Source of the DNA: Desulfomicrobium sp.
Lineage (GTDB): Bacteria > Desulfobacterota > Desulfovibrionia > Desulfovibrionales > Desulfomicrobiaceae
Direction: 5' to 3'
Assembly (NCBI GenBank): GCA_040768745.1
Contig: JAXGMI010000001.1
Location: 96,001 to 160,000 of the forward strand
DNA length: 64,000 bases
Made by a program: the position numbers and the translations under genes. The notes beneath the pieces were generated by a model. It did no database searches and had not been told where the DNA came from. It worked only from the letters and a program-made list of their open reading frames with translations. Shown one piece after another: positions 48,924 through 61,430 of this stretch. Position 1 is the stretch's first letter. Each line of letters starts with the position of its first letter.

Positions 48924-49651
48924 CTTTGCACTCCATACTCATGTGCGGGCTCAATCTGTAACCGGCCCTTATGCAGAGACCATCGCCCGCGGTGCGACGG
49001 CATCTGCAGTGCCTTTTCCAGGCGGGACAGAAAATCGGACCGGCGGACTTCGAAGCCACCAAAATGAACCATGTGCGGGGTGGTCTGTTGGCAGTCGAAC
49101 AGTGTATATCCCGCCCCATCCAGAATCCGCATCAACGCCACAAGCCCGGCCTTGGACGCGTTGGATTCACAATGGAACATGGACTCGCCAAAAAAAGCCC
49201 GTCCCAGGGCAACGCCGTACACCCCACCGACAAGTCGACCGCCGGACCAGACCTCCATACTGTGGGCAAAACCGATCTCAAAGAGGTGGCAGTAGGCTGC
49301 GTGCATCTCCGGCACAATCCACGTACCGTGCGCGCCCCGGCGGGGAATTCTGGCGCAGGCTGAAATGACCTGTTCAAAGGCGCGGTCCAGGGAAAAGGAA
49401 AACCTGCCTTGACGCAGGGTGCGCTCCAATCGGGCCGGAACATGGACGTGGGCTGGCTCCAGGATCAGGCGGGGGTCAGGACTCCACCACAGAATGGGGG
49501 CGTTTTCGCTGTACCAGGGGAAGATGCCCCGCCTGTAGGCCATGAGCAGCCGCATGGGGGAGAGGTCCCCGCCCACGGCCAGCAGGCCGTCGGTGTCGGC
49601 AAGGGCGGGATCGGGAAACACGAGTTCCGGGGACAGGGCAAAAACGGTCAC
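48920..49651 (-). CDS. aat: Leucyl/phenylalanyl-tRNA--protein transferase
   Basis: GLLAVGGDL, GIFPW, WWSPDPR, GESMF. Confidence 0.95.
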   Translation of the reverse strand: MTVFALSPELVFPDPALADTDGLLAVGGDLSPMRLLMAYRRGIFPWYSENAPILWWSPDPRLILEPAHVHVPARLERTLRQGRFSFSLDRAFEQVISACARIPRRGAHGTWIVPEMHAAYCHLFEIGFAHSMEVWSGGRLVGGVYGVALGRAFFGESMFHCESNASKAGLVALMRILDGAGYTLFDCQQTTPHMVHFGGFEVRRSDFLSRLEKALQMPSHRGRWSLHKGRLQIEPAHEYGVQR

Positions 49652-49657
49652 GTCCGC

Positions 49658-51883
<2,226 letters not shown>

Positions 51884-52198
51884 TTATACCTCTTCCATGG
51901 AACAACGCAGAGGAAAAGACCTTTTTCTGGCCATATTGTGCACCAGATGGACCTTTGTCTCTGCAACTTCCGCTGTGTATATTCCACAAAGACCAATCCC
52001 TTTCTTGTGAACGCTCATCATGATGGCAAGTGCTTCTGGCTCGGATTTATTAAAGACGTTTCGCAACACTTCTACAACAAACTCCATTGACGTGTAATCA
52101 TCGTTGTGAAGCAAAACTTTGAATTGTCTTGGTTCTTGCACTTGGTCATCGACCAGTATTTCCGGACTGGAACCAGGAACCTCATATGGCTCGGTCAT
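51884..52198 (-). CDS. clpS: Clp protease adaptor
   Basis: VLLHNDDYTSMEFVV...FPLRC. Confidence 0.95.
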   Translation of the reverse strand: MTEPYEVPGSSPEILVDDQVQEPRQFKVLLHNDDYTSMEFVVEVLRNVFNKSEPEALAIMMSVHKKGIGLCGIYTAEVAETKVHLVHNMARKRSFPLRCSMEEV

Positions 52199-52212
52199 GC
52201 AGCGCTCCACAT

Positions 52213-52515
52213 CTATTCATCGTCGCCGTACTCATCGATCCACGACTGCAGAATCTGCACGATCTGTCTGGCCTGTTTGACCGAGGAAATATTGAACTTG
52301 GAATGCGGCGAAAATCGGCCATTTCGCTTCTGGTACCGGGATACCCGAAACCTGACCGGCCCGAATTCACTCTCCCCGCGACCGACTTCCTGATATGCAA
52401 AGATCAAGGTGGCCCAGGCTCCTCGGGAAAGGACTTCCTTTTTCAATTCCCTGACCTTCTGCACTCCCTCCTCATCGGTCCAGTCCATGGAAATATCGTC
52501 AATGGTTTCAGCCAT
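52213..52515 (-). CDS. Hypothetical protein
   Basis: RBS GAGGAG; co-oriented directly upstream of clpS. Confidence 0.75.
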   Translation of the reverse strand: MAETIDDISMDWTDEEGVQKVRELKKEVLSRGAWATLIFAYQEVGRGESEFGPVRFRVSRYQKRNGRFSPHSKFNISSVKQARQIVQILQSWIDEYGDDE

Positions 52516-52805
52516 GCGTGCTCCTCACGGTTGTCGTCGCCCGGCATAAGCAGAATGCGACGTGGTGCAAAATCTATGGGAAGTGCGGCCATTGATGCAC
52601 AAGCTAATAATGCCGCACGTGCCAAATGCAAGCCTCAAACATCGTGCGCCGAAACGCTGTGCAGGAGGTTGGAAATGGAAAATGCAGATGGAAGCGCTCC
52701 AGGGAGGGCGCGAGCTATGCAGTCAGAAACGGGGCATGCCCGGGGGTAAGAAAAATCACGCCCCCGCATGCGTCAACTCGGGGGCGTGCAGACAAACTGA
52801 CCAGC

Positions 52806-53132
52806 TCAGGGTTGCTCATAAAAAACATAGGTCGAAAATTCAGCCACCTCGAAATACACCTTTTTTTCATTCCCGTCGGTTTGGCCGTTGAGATTGACAT
52901 CCTGGACCCCATACCCGAAGCGATACCCCCTGGCTTGGCTGTCCGCAGTGCCGTATGCAGTGGAGAGTTTGTCTATCTTGATGAAGCGGTGGACGAGCTT
53001 CTCCCCGGCAAAGACTTCGAGCACGCCATTGGTCCCTGTCCAGTTCTGGATGGACCGGCCAAGCTGGTTCTGGGCTTCCTGGGTGCATCCCAGAATTCCG
53101 GCCAAAAGAAAAATAGCGAACATCAAACGCAT
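52806..53132 (-). CDS. Small lipoprotein
   Basis: Lipobox ILGC; RBS GAGG. Confidence 0.75.
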   Translation of the reverse strand: MRLMFAIFLLAGILGCTQEAQNQLGRSIQNWTGTNGVLEVFAGEKLVHRFIKIDKLSTAYGTADSQARGYRFGYGVQDVNLNGQTDGNEKKVYFEVAEFSTYVFYEQP

Positions 53133-53193
53133 GATATCCTCTCCTGTTCATCGTTACTCAGACAAAATTATCTGTGTCGATTCGCCGAGCTGA

Positions 53194-53916
53194 TTACAAC
53201 GCTCTTTCCTTTCTATTCATTTTAGTCCACCCCGGAACCATGTCCCAGGCTTTTCTCAGGAAATCCTCATGCTGATCAGACATGGGGTTGAACTCCCGCA
53301 ACCGTGCCTTGAATTTCGACCCATGATTGCGATGCTGCACGTGGCAGAGTTCATGAAGAATGACATGGTGCACCACGTCCGAGGGCAAAAAGAGAAGCTT
53401 CGCGTTCAGGCTGATGCATGAACTGGGGGAGCAGCTTCCCCAGCAGGTGATCTGGTTGCGGATCTGAACCTTGCTGACCTCGACATCGTGATGCCCGGCC
53501 AGGTCCCGAAAAACAGGGACCAGCCAACGTTTACCCTGGTCCACAAGCCACCGCTGCAGCAGGGAAATACCCCCCATTTCAGCACCCGGAGGTAGGCGCA
53601 ACTGCAGAACGCCCTCACCGGCTCGCAACTCAGTTCTGGCGCCCATGTCACGGCAAACATGATATGTGCGATCACAAAACGGCAAACGGATCAGCCTAGG
53701 CAGGGGATCCTGCCCAGGGGCCTCATTGCGGGCCGCGAGGTCAGCAAAACGGGCCAGAATCCACTGCCGGTGCCCATCCAGAATGGCTGGAACGTCTGCA
53801 GCCGAAACCCTGTACGGCAGTACAACCTCAAGCCCGCTGCCTGCGCGCATCCGCAGCCAGACCTTGCGCGCACGTCTGTTGCGCGTCACGGAGACGGGAA
53901 TCGATTGCCAGTGCAT
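53194..53916 (-). CDS. YgjP/DUF45-type zinc metalloprotein
   Basis: WGSCS...LN...HELCH...NH. Confidence 0.88.
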   Translation of the reverse strand: MHWQSIPVSVTRNRRARKVWLRMRAGSGLEVVLPYRVSAADVPAILDGHRQWILARFADLAARNEAPGQDPLPRLIRLPFCDRTYHVCRDMGARTELRAGEGVLQLRLPPGAEMGGISLLQRWLVDQGKRWLVPVFRDLAGHHDVEVSKVQIRNQITCWGSCSPSSCISLNAKLLFLPSDVVHHVILHELCHVQHRNHGSKFKARLREFNPMSDQHEDFLRKAWDMVPGWTKMNRKERAL

Positions 53917-53946
53917 GCGAAAAAGGGCGGCCTGGGCCGCCCTCTC

Positions 53947-56900
53947 CTACCAGGTTTTGGTGCGTTGGACTTCCAAAGCCTGTCTCTGCTCTTCAAAGGA
54001 GGTAAACCCGGCCTGGTGTAAGGCATCAAGAACCGTGGTTTCCCAATCCCAGCTGGCATAGATGACAGGCTTGTGGAAGGTGCTGCGGAACGAGGCCAGT
54101 TCCTGTCGGTAGAACTCCTCCTTCACGCTGCCCAGGTTGGTCTGCAACTGTTCGTGCAGGCGGGCCAGTTCCCCTTCGTACCAATCCATGAGATCCGCTG
54201 CAGAGGTGTTTTTCCTCAGGATATGCTCGTAGCGGTTTTCAGCCAGCAACAGGTGCAGGTGTTCCAGATGCTGTTCCGAGAGCCACTTTCCGAGATCCGC
54301 AACAGGGATGTTCTCGGCCTCCACTTCAGCAATGTCAAACTTGGTCTGCTGGTATGTGTCGGGCACTACCGAGGCTGAAACAATTCCAGCGATGCAGACC
54401 AGGCCGCGGAGAATCTTGGAGTTGGACACGCCCTGCCCGCAGAATCCGACCTTTTTGCCGAATTTCTGGCCGGTGAAGATGGTAGTCAGGATGGCCCAGA
54501 CAACTGCTGGATCTTCCTCGTCGTAGATGTGCCTGAGCCGCGAATTGTCACGATCCGTGCCGAGAACCAGCTGGGTCATGTCATTGGAGCCGATGGAAAA
54601 TCCGTCGAACTCGCGGATGAATTCCTTGGCCAGAATGGCGTTGCTGGGGATTTCTGACATGAGGATGATCTTCAGGCCATTGTCTCCGGACTGGATGTTG
54701 TGCACCTTGCTCAAATAGCGCTTCATGGACCTGGCTTCCTCCAGGGTGCGCACAAAGGGAAGCATCAGATGCAGATTGCTCCCGCCGAAGGCGCCACGGG
54801 CCAGTTTGAAGGCTTCCAGTTCCCAGTCATGGACATTGCGGGACACGCCGCGGTAACCCAGCATGGGGTTGTCTTCAAGGCCTTCGAAAAGCAGACCGCC
54901 CAACAGGTTCCGGTATTCGTTGGTCTTGTAGTCAGTGCTGCGGTAGACGATGGTCTTGCTGTGAAAGGCCATGGCGAAGAGGGCCAGACCCTGGGCCAGG
55001 CTCTGTATGTAGAGTTCCTTGCCGCTGCGGTACCCGCGGGACCTGAGGATCTCTTGTATCTTCTGCGTCAGGGTGCGAACCGTATCCATTTCGCTTTGCA
55101 AGCCAACCTTCTTGGCCACATCTTCACGCAAGGCGGAGATTTTTTCCAGCGTGTCCACGATGACTGGATCTTTTTCGATCCGGTTCATGATCGCGGCAAT
55201 GGAATCCTGGATTTCCAGGCGACGGCGCTTGGACTGGGGGTCTCCTCCCAGGTTTTCCAGTTCATCGGCGTAGCCCATGATCACAGCCACGTGGTCCTGC
55301 AAGCTGTTGGAGGTTTTGAGGACTTCAAAACGCTGGGTGGCAAACTCGAGATGCTCATCCAGTTTCTTGTCCAACTCTCTCAGCTGACGATGGATGGCCA
55401 GGACTTCGTCAGTGCCCTTAGCCCCTTCGCGCTCCGTCAACTCTTCCATCTTGCGGGACAGGCCGGTCACAATGCCGACATAGCTGCGCAGCTTGATATC
55501 CAGGGCAATGGTACCCGCTGCCATTTGATCGAACACAATCTTGGTCAGATCGTTTTCCAGGGCGGTGAGCTTGGTTTTGACCACTCCATCCAACGTGCCG
55601 AGATCATAGGCTTCGAGCGCCAGGGGATGAACCCCGATATTGCCGAGCATGAACTCGGCCCGCAGCAGACCCACTTCGAAATCCGGGACATCACGCAGGC
55701 GAGAAAGGAAAAGCGACTGCCCCACGTCTGCCAGAATAAGGCCGACCTTGGTTTTGGTCGATGGCAACTTGCTGACGTCTATCTCTCCGCCCACTTCGAC
55801 CAGCGGCAGGAGACCACGGTATACCCTGCCCCGGGACCCGTCCACGGTTACATCATGGCCATCCAGGGCCCGCAGTTTTTCTGGCCGCTTTATACCGATG
55901 ACTGCAGGAATGCCCAGTTCACGGGAGGTGATGGCCGCATGGCTCGTATCGCCCCCCGCATCAGCCATGATCGCCGATGCGATGCGCATGCCCGGGACCA
56001 TGTCCGGGTCGGTGCGCTCGGCGGCGAGAACATTGCCCTTGTTGATCTTGTTCAGCTCGAGTGCCGACCGCAGGTATCGCACTGAACCCTGACCAGCCCC
56101 GCGGGACGCGCCATTGCCTTCCAGGAGGATTTCTGCCTCCTTGACTGCAGCTGGGTCCACTTCCTTGCGGCGCATGAAGATGGTGTAGGGGTGCTTTTCA
56201 AGCTCTTCGTTCCAGCGTGTTTCAGGCCGTGCCTGCACAAACCAGAGGCGGTCCCACTGGTCAATGCAGAATTCGGAATCCATGATCATTCCGCCATAGC
56301 CTTTGCTGATACAGCGCACGCCCTTGGCCACGGACTCAGCCTGGGCCAGGGACAGGGACCAGCGGTAGGCCATTTCATCGCCCACTGCCTCGACCTTGGT
56401 GCCACGGCCCGATTCCTTGTAGACGATGCGCTTGTCCTTGCACCCCATGTATCGGACTACCACTTCCTGACCGTTCCCGCGCTGGAAGACATAAAATTTA
56501 TCCGGAGTGACCAGCCCGCTGACTACGGCCTCTCCCAGTCCGTAACTGGCATCGATGGAAACGAGGTCCCTGCGCACCGTGCCGCGACACCCCGTTGAGG
56601 TGTCAGCGGAAAAAGCCGTTCCTGAAATGACCGGGTTGATCATGCGCATGATGCACACGGACAGGGAGGTATTCTCGATGGCCCATTCCTGTTTGGCCTT
56701 GATGGCGATCTGATCGTCCCCCGTCTGTTCGGCCTTGGCCACAGCATCAAGAATGGCTTCACGGCGATAGGTCATGGAGCGCAGATTGTAGGCCGAGGCA
56801 CAGTCCCAGTGATAGGCCTGGACAACGTAATTCTCTCCGACAATGTTCAGATAGGTGTCCTGCAATCCTGCGAATGCCTTTTTGCGGCTGTCCTCGCCGG

Positions 56901-57531
56901 CGGCGGAAGAACGAACGGCCACTGGTTCGTTTTCAAGACCCGCCTCCTTACAGATGTCCAAGTACGCGCCGCGCACAGCATCCGCCACTTCTTTGGGCAA
57001 ATCCACGGAGAGGATGGCCACCTGCACCAGAACCGAGCGTTTGCGCAACTGGTCAATGCCTTCAGGAGAAACCGCAAAGCCCTCAACCACGTTGTTGACG
57101 AAGGTGCGCAGACGTATCAGGGTTCCCTCCTGCTTCTTGGAAACCTCCTTCACGTCCTGGGCTATTTTGCGCACGAATTTCTGCAGAAATTCGGAATCCT
57201 TGTTAATTTCCGGGTCAGCCCAATCCGTGGAATCATAGGCTTTGTCCACCGTGGATCGAACGACCGCTGCGTTGACCTTGGTCTCATCGAGAAGTTTATG
57301 AAAGCCGATGGAGGAGATGGCCCGGAATTGCGGCGCCCTGATGCCCTCTATGGTAGAGATGATAGCGGTGTTGTAATTTTTTCCGCCAACCAGGAGCTCC
57401 GCATCCTCCCCGATGGTCACGATATCCTTGCCCGTCAGCACAAGCTGCTTCTCGATCTGCTCGACGAGGATTGCGGGTTCTCCGGATTTATCGGACTTTT
57501 TCTTGGAATTCTTTTTCTCGGTGTCGGGCAT
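53947..57531 (-). CDS. ppsA: Phosphoenolpyruvate synthase (pyruvate, water dikinase), long form
   Basis: VGGKN, AVRSSA, TSHAAI phospho-His, GLLRAEF, FSIGSND. Confidence 0.9.
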   Translation of the reverse strand: MPDTEKKNSKKKSDKSGEPAILVEQIEKQLVLTGKDIVTIGEDAELLVGGKNYNTAIISTIEGIRAPQFRAISSIGFHKLLDETKVNAAVVRSTVDKAYDSTDWADPEINKDSEFLQKFVRKIAQDVKEVSKKQEGTLIRLRTFVNNVVEGFAVSPEGIDQLRKRSVLVQVAILSVDLPKEVADAVRGAYLDICKEAGLENEPVAVRSSAAGEDSRKKAFAGLQDTYLNIVGENYVVQAYHWDCASAYNLRSMTYRREAILDAVAKAEQTGDDQIAIKAKQEWAIENTSLSVCIMRMINPVISGTAFSADTSTGCRGTVRRDLVSIDASYGLGEAVVSGLVTPDKFYVFQRGNGQEVVVRYMGCKDKRIVYKESGRGTKVEAVGDEMAYRWSLSLAQAESVAKGVRCISKGYGGMIMDSEFCIDQWDRLWFVQARPETRWNEELEKHPYTIFMRRKEVDPAAVKEAEILLEGNGASRGAGQGSVRYLRSALELNKINKGNVLAAERTDPDMVPGMRIASAIMADAGGDTSHAAITSRELGIPAVIGIKRPEKLRALDGHDVTVDGSRGRVYRGLLPLVEVGGEIDVSKLPSTKTKVGLILADVGQSLFLSRLRDVPDFEVGLLRAEFMLGNIGVHPLALEAYDLGTLDGVVKTKLTALENDLTKIVFDQMAAGTIALDIKLRSYVGIVTGLSRKMEELTEREGAKGTDEVLAIHRQLRELDKKLDEHLEFATQRFEVLKTSNSLQDHVAVIMGYADELENLGGDPQSKRRRLEIQDSIAAIMNRIEKDPVIVDTLEKISALREDVAKKVGLQSEMDTVRTLTQKIQEILRSRGYRSGKELYIQSLAQGLALFAMAFHSKTIVYRSTDYKTNEYRNLLGGLLFEGLEDNPMLGYRGVSRNVHDWELEAFKLARGAFGGSNLHLMLPFVRTLEEARSMKRYLSKVHNIQSGDNGLKIILMSEIPSNAILAKEFIREFDGFSIGSNDMTQLVLGTDRDNSRLRHIYDEEDPAVVWAILTTIFTGQKFGKKVGFCGQGVSNSKILRGLVCIAGIVSASVVPDTYQQTKFDIAEVEAENIPVADLGKWLSEQHLEHLHLLLAENRYEHILRKNTSAADLMDWYEGELARLHEQLQTNLGSVKEEFYRQELASFRSTFHKPVIYASWDWETTVLDALHQAGFTSFEEQRQALEVQRTKTW

Positions 57532-57714
57532 TTTCTCCTCCTTTATTCATGCGCGAATCGAAACTCTCCGCTGTGGCCTGAAAAAACTTGGCGCCACTTA
57601 AACCTTATCGACAATTCAGTCAAAAACAATTCCTATTAACTTTTGCATATCATGGAAAAAAATTATGCAAAAGTGCTTGACAGCAAAAAACAGTACCCAT
57701 CGACTGCTTTATGA

Positions 57715-60700
57715 TCATGACATGACCTTCTGCCCACAGGAAGGGCAGAACTTGAAGTCATCCCTTGTTACAGGAGCAGTGCAAGTCGGGCACTTACGGG
57801 GAGCCGGCACGAGCACCACGAGAAGCTCCCCCTCTTTGACCGGGACCATCTTCTTGTCTTCCTGGTAGTCGGCAAACTTGAGCACGCGCTCGACCATGCC
57901 GTCCACAGGCGCCAATACCGACTTCTCCTGCTTCATGATGGAGATGTTGAACAGCTCCTCTCCCTTCCTGACCATGTCGCCCGGCTTGACAAGCATGACC
58001 CACAAATCGCCGCTGGAAGGCGATCCCACTTGGTATGGGTTATGCTGATCGGCCATCTCCACCCCTGACTCTTCCTTGCCGATGGCCTCAGCAACCTTGA
58101 TCTGTACGGCAAAGGATTCCGAATCCAGGGAGTAGGACACCAGGCTCATGCCGTGATCATCTGGCCGGGAAACGTGCTTCATGCAAAGAACGTGGTGCTT
58201 TCCCCCTGAATCCTTGAACATGACCTCATCACCGGCCTTGAGCCCCTCGAACCAGACATGCAGGGGCAGGCGGTTACAATCCCCATACTTGCCCACGAAC
58301 TTGATGGTGTTCAGGGCATCCCCGGGCTGACTGAGGAACATGAGCAGCTCCTCTTCCGTGGGAATGCGCCCGATGTGCTCGGCCAGACTCTGCTGCTCCC
58401 TGGCCACGTTGACATCCTCCAGGGTGACCAGAGGAGAACATTCAGTCCGGCGGGCAAGAGCTTCCCTGTATTCCGGCCCGAAGGCAGATTCATAGACCCA
58501 ATCCGGGGGAAAGCCCAGGGGCAGGCGGCCAAACTTGCCCAGCAGCAGGTCGCGAAACGCGTCATTGGCGTCCTGGTAAATCTTCAGCCGTTCTGCTTTG
58601 ATCTCATCGGAAAGGGCTTCTTCGGGCAGGCTGACGACCTGTTCCAGAACGGACAACAGCCGGCGCAGGCCCCGCCGACCACCCCGTTTGTAGGCCCCGG
58701 TCACGGCCAGGAAGGCCGTGTTCCAGGTGATCTGTGACCCCGGCGTCACGTCGTGGTAGCGCACGATCTTGCGGATGCCGGCCAGGAACTTGAGCATGAA
58801 GGGCAGCAGATGGATATACCCCTGCTTCATGGCCCCTTCCTGGGAGGAAGAGGTCGCCCCGCCCGGCATGCCGTGTTCGATGACGTCATAGTCGATGCCC
58901 TGAAAATAGGGGGCCGTGTAGCGATCATAGTAGGGCATGATCTGCTTCAGGACGAAACCCGTGGTGCGGATCATCTCCTTGTTCAGGTTGGTCTTCAGGC
59001 CCAGTTCCTCGATGTAGGCCGCCGTGGAGAGGACTTCGCCCTGCCCGTACCAGCGTACCGACGCGCCAATGGCCGTGTCCACGATGTGCGCGCCGGCCTT
59101 GGCCGCCGCGGCCACAGCAGGAACGAACAGGCCGTCGGTGTAGTGGCGATGGTAGTGGACGAGCAGGTCCGGATAGATCCTGCGGATGGCCGAAACCAGC
59201 TCGGTCATGAACACCGGGGGACACACCCCAGCCATGTCCTTGAGACCGAGAATGATGAGGTGCTCGGCCTTCTTCCTGGAACAGCCCGCCACCTGGGCGG
59301 TCATGTCAATGATCTCCTCCACCACTCCCAGATAATGGGATACGTCGAACCCCTTGGCCCACGACAGCGAGATGGCCGGCTCCCAGATGTTTCCCCTGGA
59401 GTTCAATGCAACTTCGGCAAAGGGCCGCATATTCTCGATGTGGTTCAGAAAATCAAAGCAGCGCACCACATCGTAGTGCTCGCAGATCATTTCCCCCATC
59501 CGGCGCATGATGTTCCGCGGCTGAGGCTTGTAGCCCAGCACGTTGGTGGATCTGATTAGAATCTGTTTCAGCGTCTTGGGCGCGAACTCATTCCATTCCT
59601 TGGCCTCGGAAAAGGGGTAGGTCATGTTGGCCAGCATGGCCACGTGGTAGTGCGCCCCTCCACCGTTCTCCAACGAAAAGAAGCCGCAATTATCCAGGTA
59701 CGGGCCGATGATCCGGTCCTCTGCCAGGCGGAAGCGGTTGCCCGAATTGGATTGCGTGATGTCCCGGGTGGTCGTATCCGAAAAATGAACATGGTCGGAA
59801 TCCCGGATGTAGGACAAGATTGCGTCCCGATCTCCCCGAGGGTAGGGATAATGGTAATACTCGGGTTCGATCCCGGGCAGAGAGGGCCTGAACGGCTCCA
59901 TGCGCTTGCCTTCCCTGGTCCGGTACTCCCCGAGCTTGACGTAGGGGTTGTAGCCATGTGCGGAAATCTTGGCCACCAGCCGGGAAAGACGTACCGCCTC
60001 GGATTCCTTGTCCAGATAATCCATCAGCTCAGGGGTGTTGGCCACGAAACCGGTATCGTACTCCCCGCAACGGAACCGTGGATGGGCAATGATCTGGCGG
60101 TGGAAAGGAATGGTGGTCTTGATCCCACCGATGACGTATTCGCCCAAAGCCCTGTCCATGATGCCCAGCACCTTGTCCCATTGTGGACCGTAAGCGATCA
60201 GCAGGGACGCTGCCGAATCATACTGGGAGGGAAATTCGTACCCGCTGCACACGCATGAATCCACGCGCACGCCGGGACCGCCGGGAGAAAGGTAGCGGGT
60301 GATACGACCGGCATTGGGGGCAAAGCCATGCTGGGGGTCCTCGCAGTTGACCCGGACCTGCATGGCATGGCTCTGGGGCTTGCAGTTCTCCTCCGACAGC
60401 CGGAGCTCGGCCCCGAACGCCACAGCGATCTGTTCCTCCACCAGGTCAATGCCGTAGCGGCATTCGGTGATGCCGTGCTCCACCTGCAGACGGGTGTTGA
60501 CCTCAATCAGATAGGCCCTGCCAGAGGCATCAACCAGAAACTCCACCGTGCAGAGGGAGTGGTAGCCCACGGCCCGAACCAGCTGGCGGGAGTATTCCTT
60601 CAGTTGCTGACGCAGGGAATCGGTCATGCCCGACCAAGGCGATGGCGTGATCTCCACCAGCTTTTGATGATTGCGCTGCACCGTGCAATCGCGCTCGTCA

Positions 60701-61410
60701 AAGGCGAAGACATTGCCGTACTTGTCGGCAATGACCTGGATCTCGATATGGCGGATAGAGGTCAGCAGGCGTTCCACATACAGGCGCGGATTGCCGAAGG
60801 ACGCCTGGGCCAGGGTTGAGGCCTTGACGAAGGCGTCGTCCAGTTGATCCTGGCTGAAAACCTCATAGATCCCGCGTCCGCCCCCGCCCCCTTCGGCCTT
60901 GAGCATAGCCGGCAAACCTATTTCGGCCGCCACCTGCTTGGCCTCCTCCACGGTCACGGCCCCTTCGGAACCAGGTACCACAGGAATGCCCAGCTTGTGG
61001 GCCAGTTTCCGCACCTGGACTTTGTTGCCCAGCAGACGCATGGCCTCTGACGTGGGGCCGATAAAAATAATGCCCGCTTCAGCGCATTTTGTTGGGAAGG
61101 ACTCATCCTCCGAGGCAAATCCCCACCCTGGATGGATGGCCGCCACCCCCCTGGCCTTGGCCATGGAGATGATCTTGTCGATGTCCAGGTAGGCCCGAGG
61201 GTTTTCCCCGAGATGCAGAAGTTCCTGTGCCCCGGCGGTGAAGGGCGCGGTCTTGTCCACGTCCGTGGCCGTGATCATGGGCACGGCCTGGAACACCTCC
61301 TTGATGGAACGGACTATCCGTCTGGCCGGTATGCCCCGGTTGGCCACAAGAATCCTCTTGCCCCGGACCTCCCGGGACACTTCTTCAAAACTTCGGGGAA
61401 TCAAAGACAT
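57715..61410 (-). CDS. pyc: Pyruvate carboxylase
   Basis: Biotin carboxylase (VANRG, GGGGRG), carboxyltransferase and biotinyl IMKQE domains. Confidence 0.93.
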   Translation of the reverse strand: MSLIPRSFEEVSREVRGKRILVANRGIPARRIVRSIKEVFQAVPMITATDVDKTAPFTAGAQELLHLGENPRAYLDIDKIISMAKARGVAAIHPGWGFASEDESFPTKCAEAGIIFIGPTSEAMRLLGNKVQVRKLAHKLGIPVVPGSEGAVTVEEAKQVAAEIGLPAMLKAEGGGGGRGIYEVFSQDQLDDAFVKASTLAQASFGNPRLYVERLLTSIRHIEIQVIADKYGNVFAFDERDCTVQRNHQKLVEITPSPWSGMTDSLRQQLKEYSRQLVRAVGYHSLCTVEFLVDASGRAYLIEVNTRLQVEHGITECRYGIDLVEEQIAVAFGAELRLSEENCKPQSHAMQVRVNCEDPQHGFAPNAGRITRYLSPGGPGVRVDSCVCSGYEFPSQYDSAASLLIAYGPQWDKVLGIMDRALGEYVIGGIKTTIPFHRQIIAHPRFRCGEYDTGFVANTPELMDYLDKESEAVRLSRLVAKISAHGYNPYVKLGEYRTREGKRMEPFRPSLPGIEPEYYHYPYPRGDRDAILSYIRDSDHVHFSDTTTRDITQSNSGNRFRLAEDRIIGPYLDNCGFFSLENGGGAHYHVAMLANMTYPFSEAKEWNEFAPKTLKQILIRSTNVLGYKPQPRNIMRRMGEMICEHYDVVRCFDFLNHIENMRPFAEVALNSRGNIWEPAISLSWAKGFDVSHYLGVVEEIIDMTAQVAGCSRKKAEHLIILGLKDMAGVCPPVFMTELVSAIRRIYPDLLVHYHRHYTDGLFVPAVAAAAKAGAHIVDTAIGASVRWYGQGEVLSTAAYIEELGLKTNLNKEMIRTTGFVLKQIMPYYDRYTAPYFQGIDYDVIEHGMPGGATSSSQEGAMKQGYIHLLPFMLKFLAGIRKIVRYHDVTPGSQITWNTAFLAVTGAYKRGGRRGLRRLLSVLEQVVSLPEEALSDEIKAERLKIYQDANDAFRDLLLGKFGRLPLGFPPDWVYESAFGPEYREALARRTECSPLVTLEDVNVAREQQSLAEHIGRIPTEEELLMFLSQPGDALNTIKFVGKYGDCNRLPLHVWFEGLKAGDEVMFKDSGGKHHVLCMKHVSRPDDHGMSLVSYSLDSESFAVQIKVAEAIGKEESGVEMADQHNPYQVGSPSSGDLWVMLVKPGDMVRKGEELFNISIMKQEKSVLAPVDGMVERVLKFADYQEDKKMVPVKEGELLVVLVPAPRKCPTCTAPVTRDDFKFCPSCGQKVMS

Positions 61411-61430
61411 ATTATATCTCTCCATGCGCG

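Noticed and set aside
53947..57531. Unusually long PEP synthase with a helical insertion
   Set aside because: To my knowledge the long form next to pyc is normal for Desulfovibrionales; no intein motifs seen.
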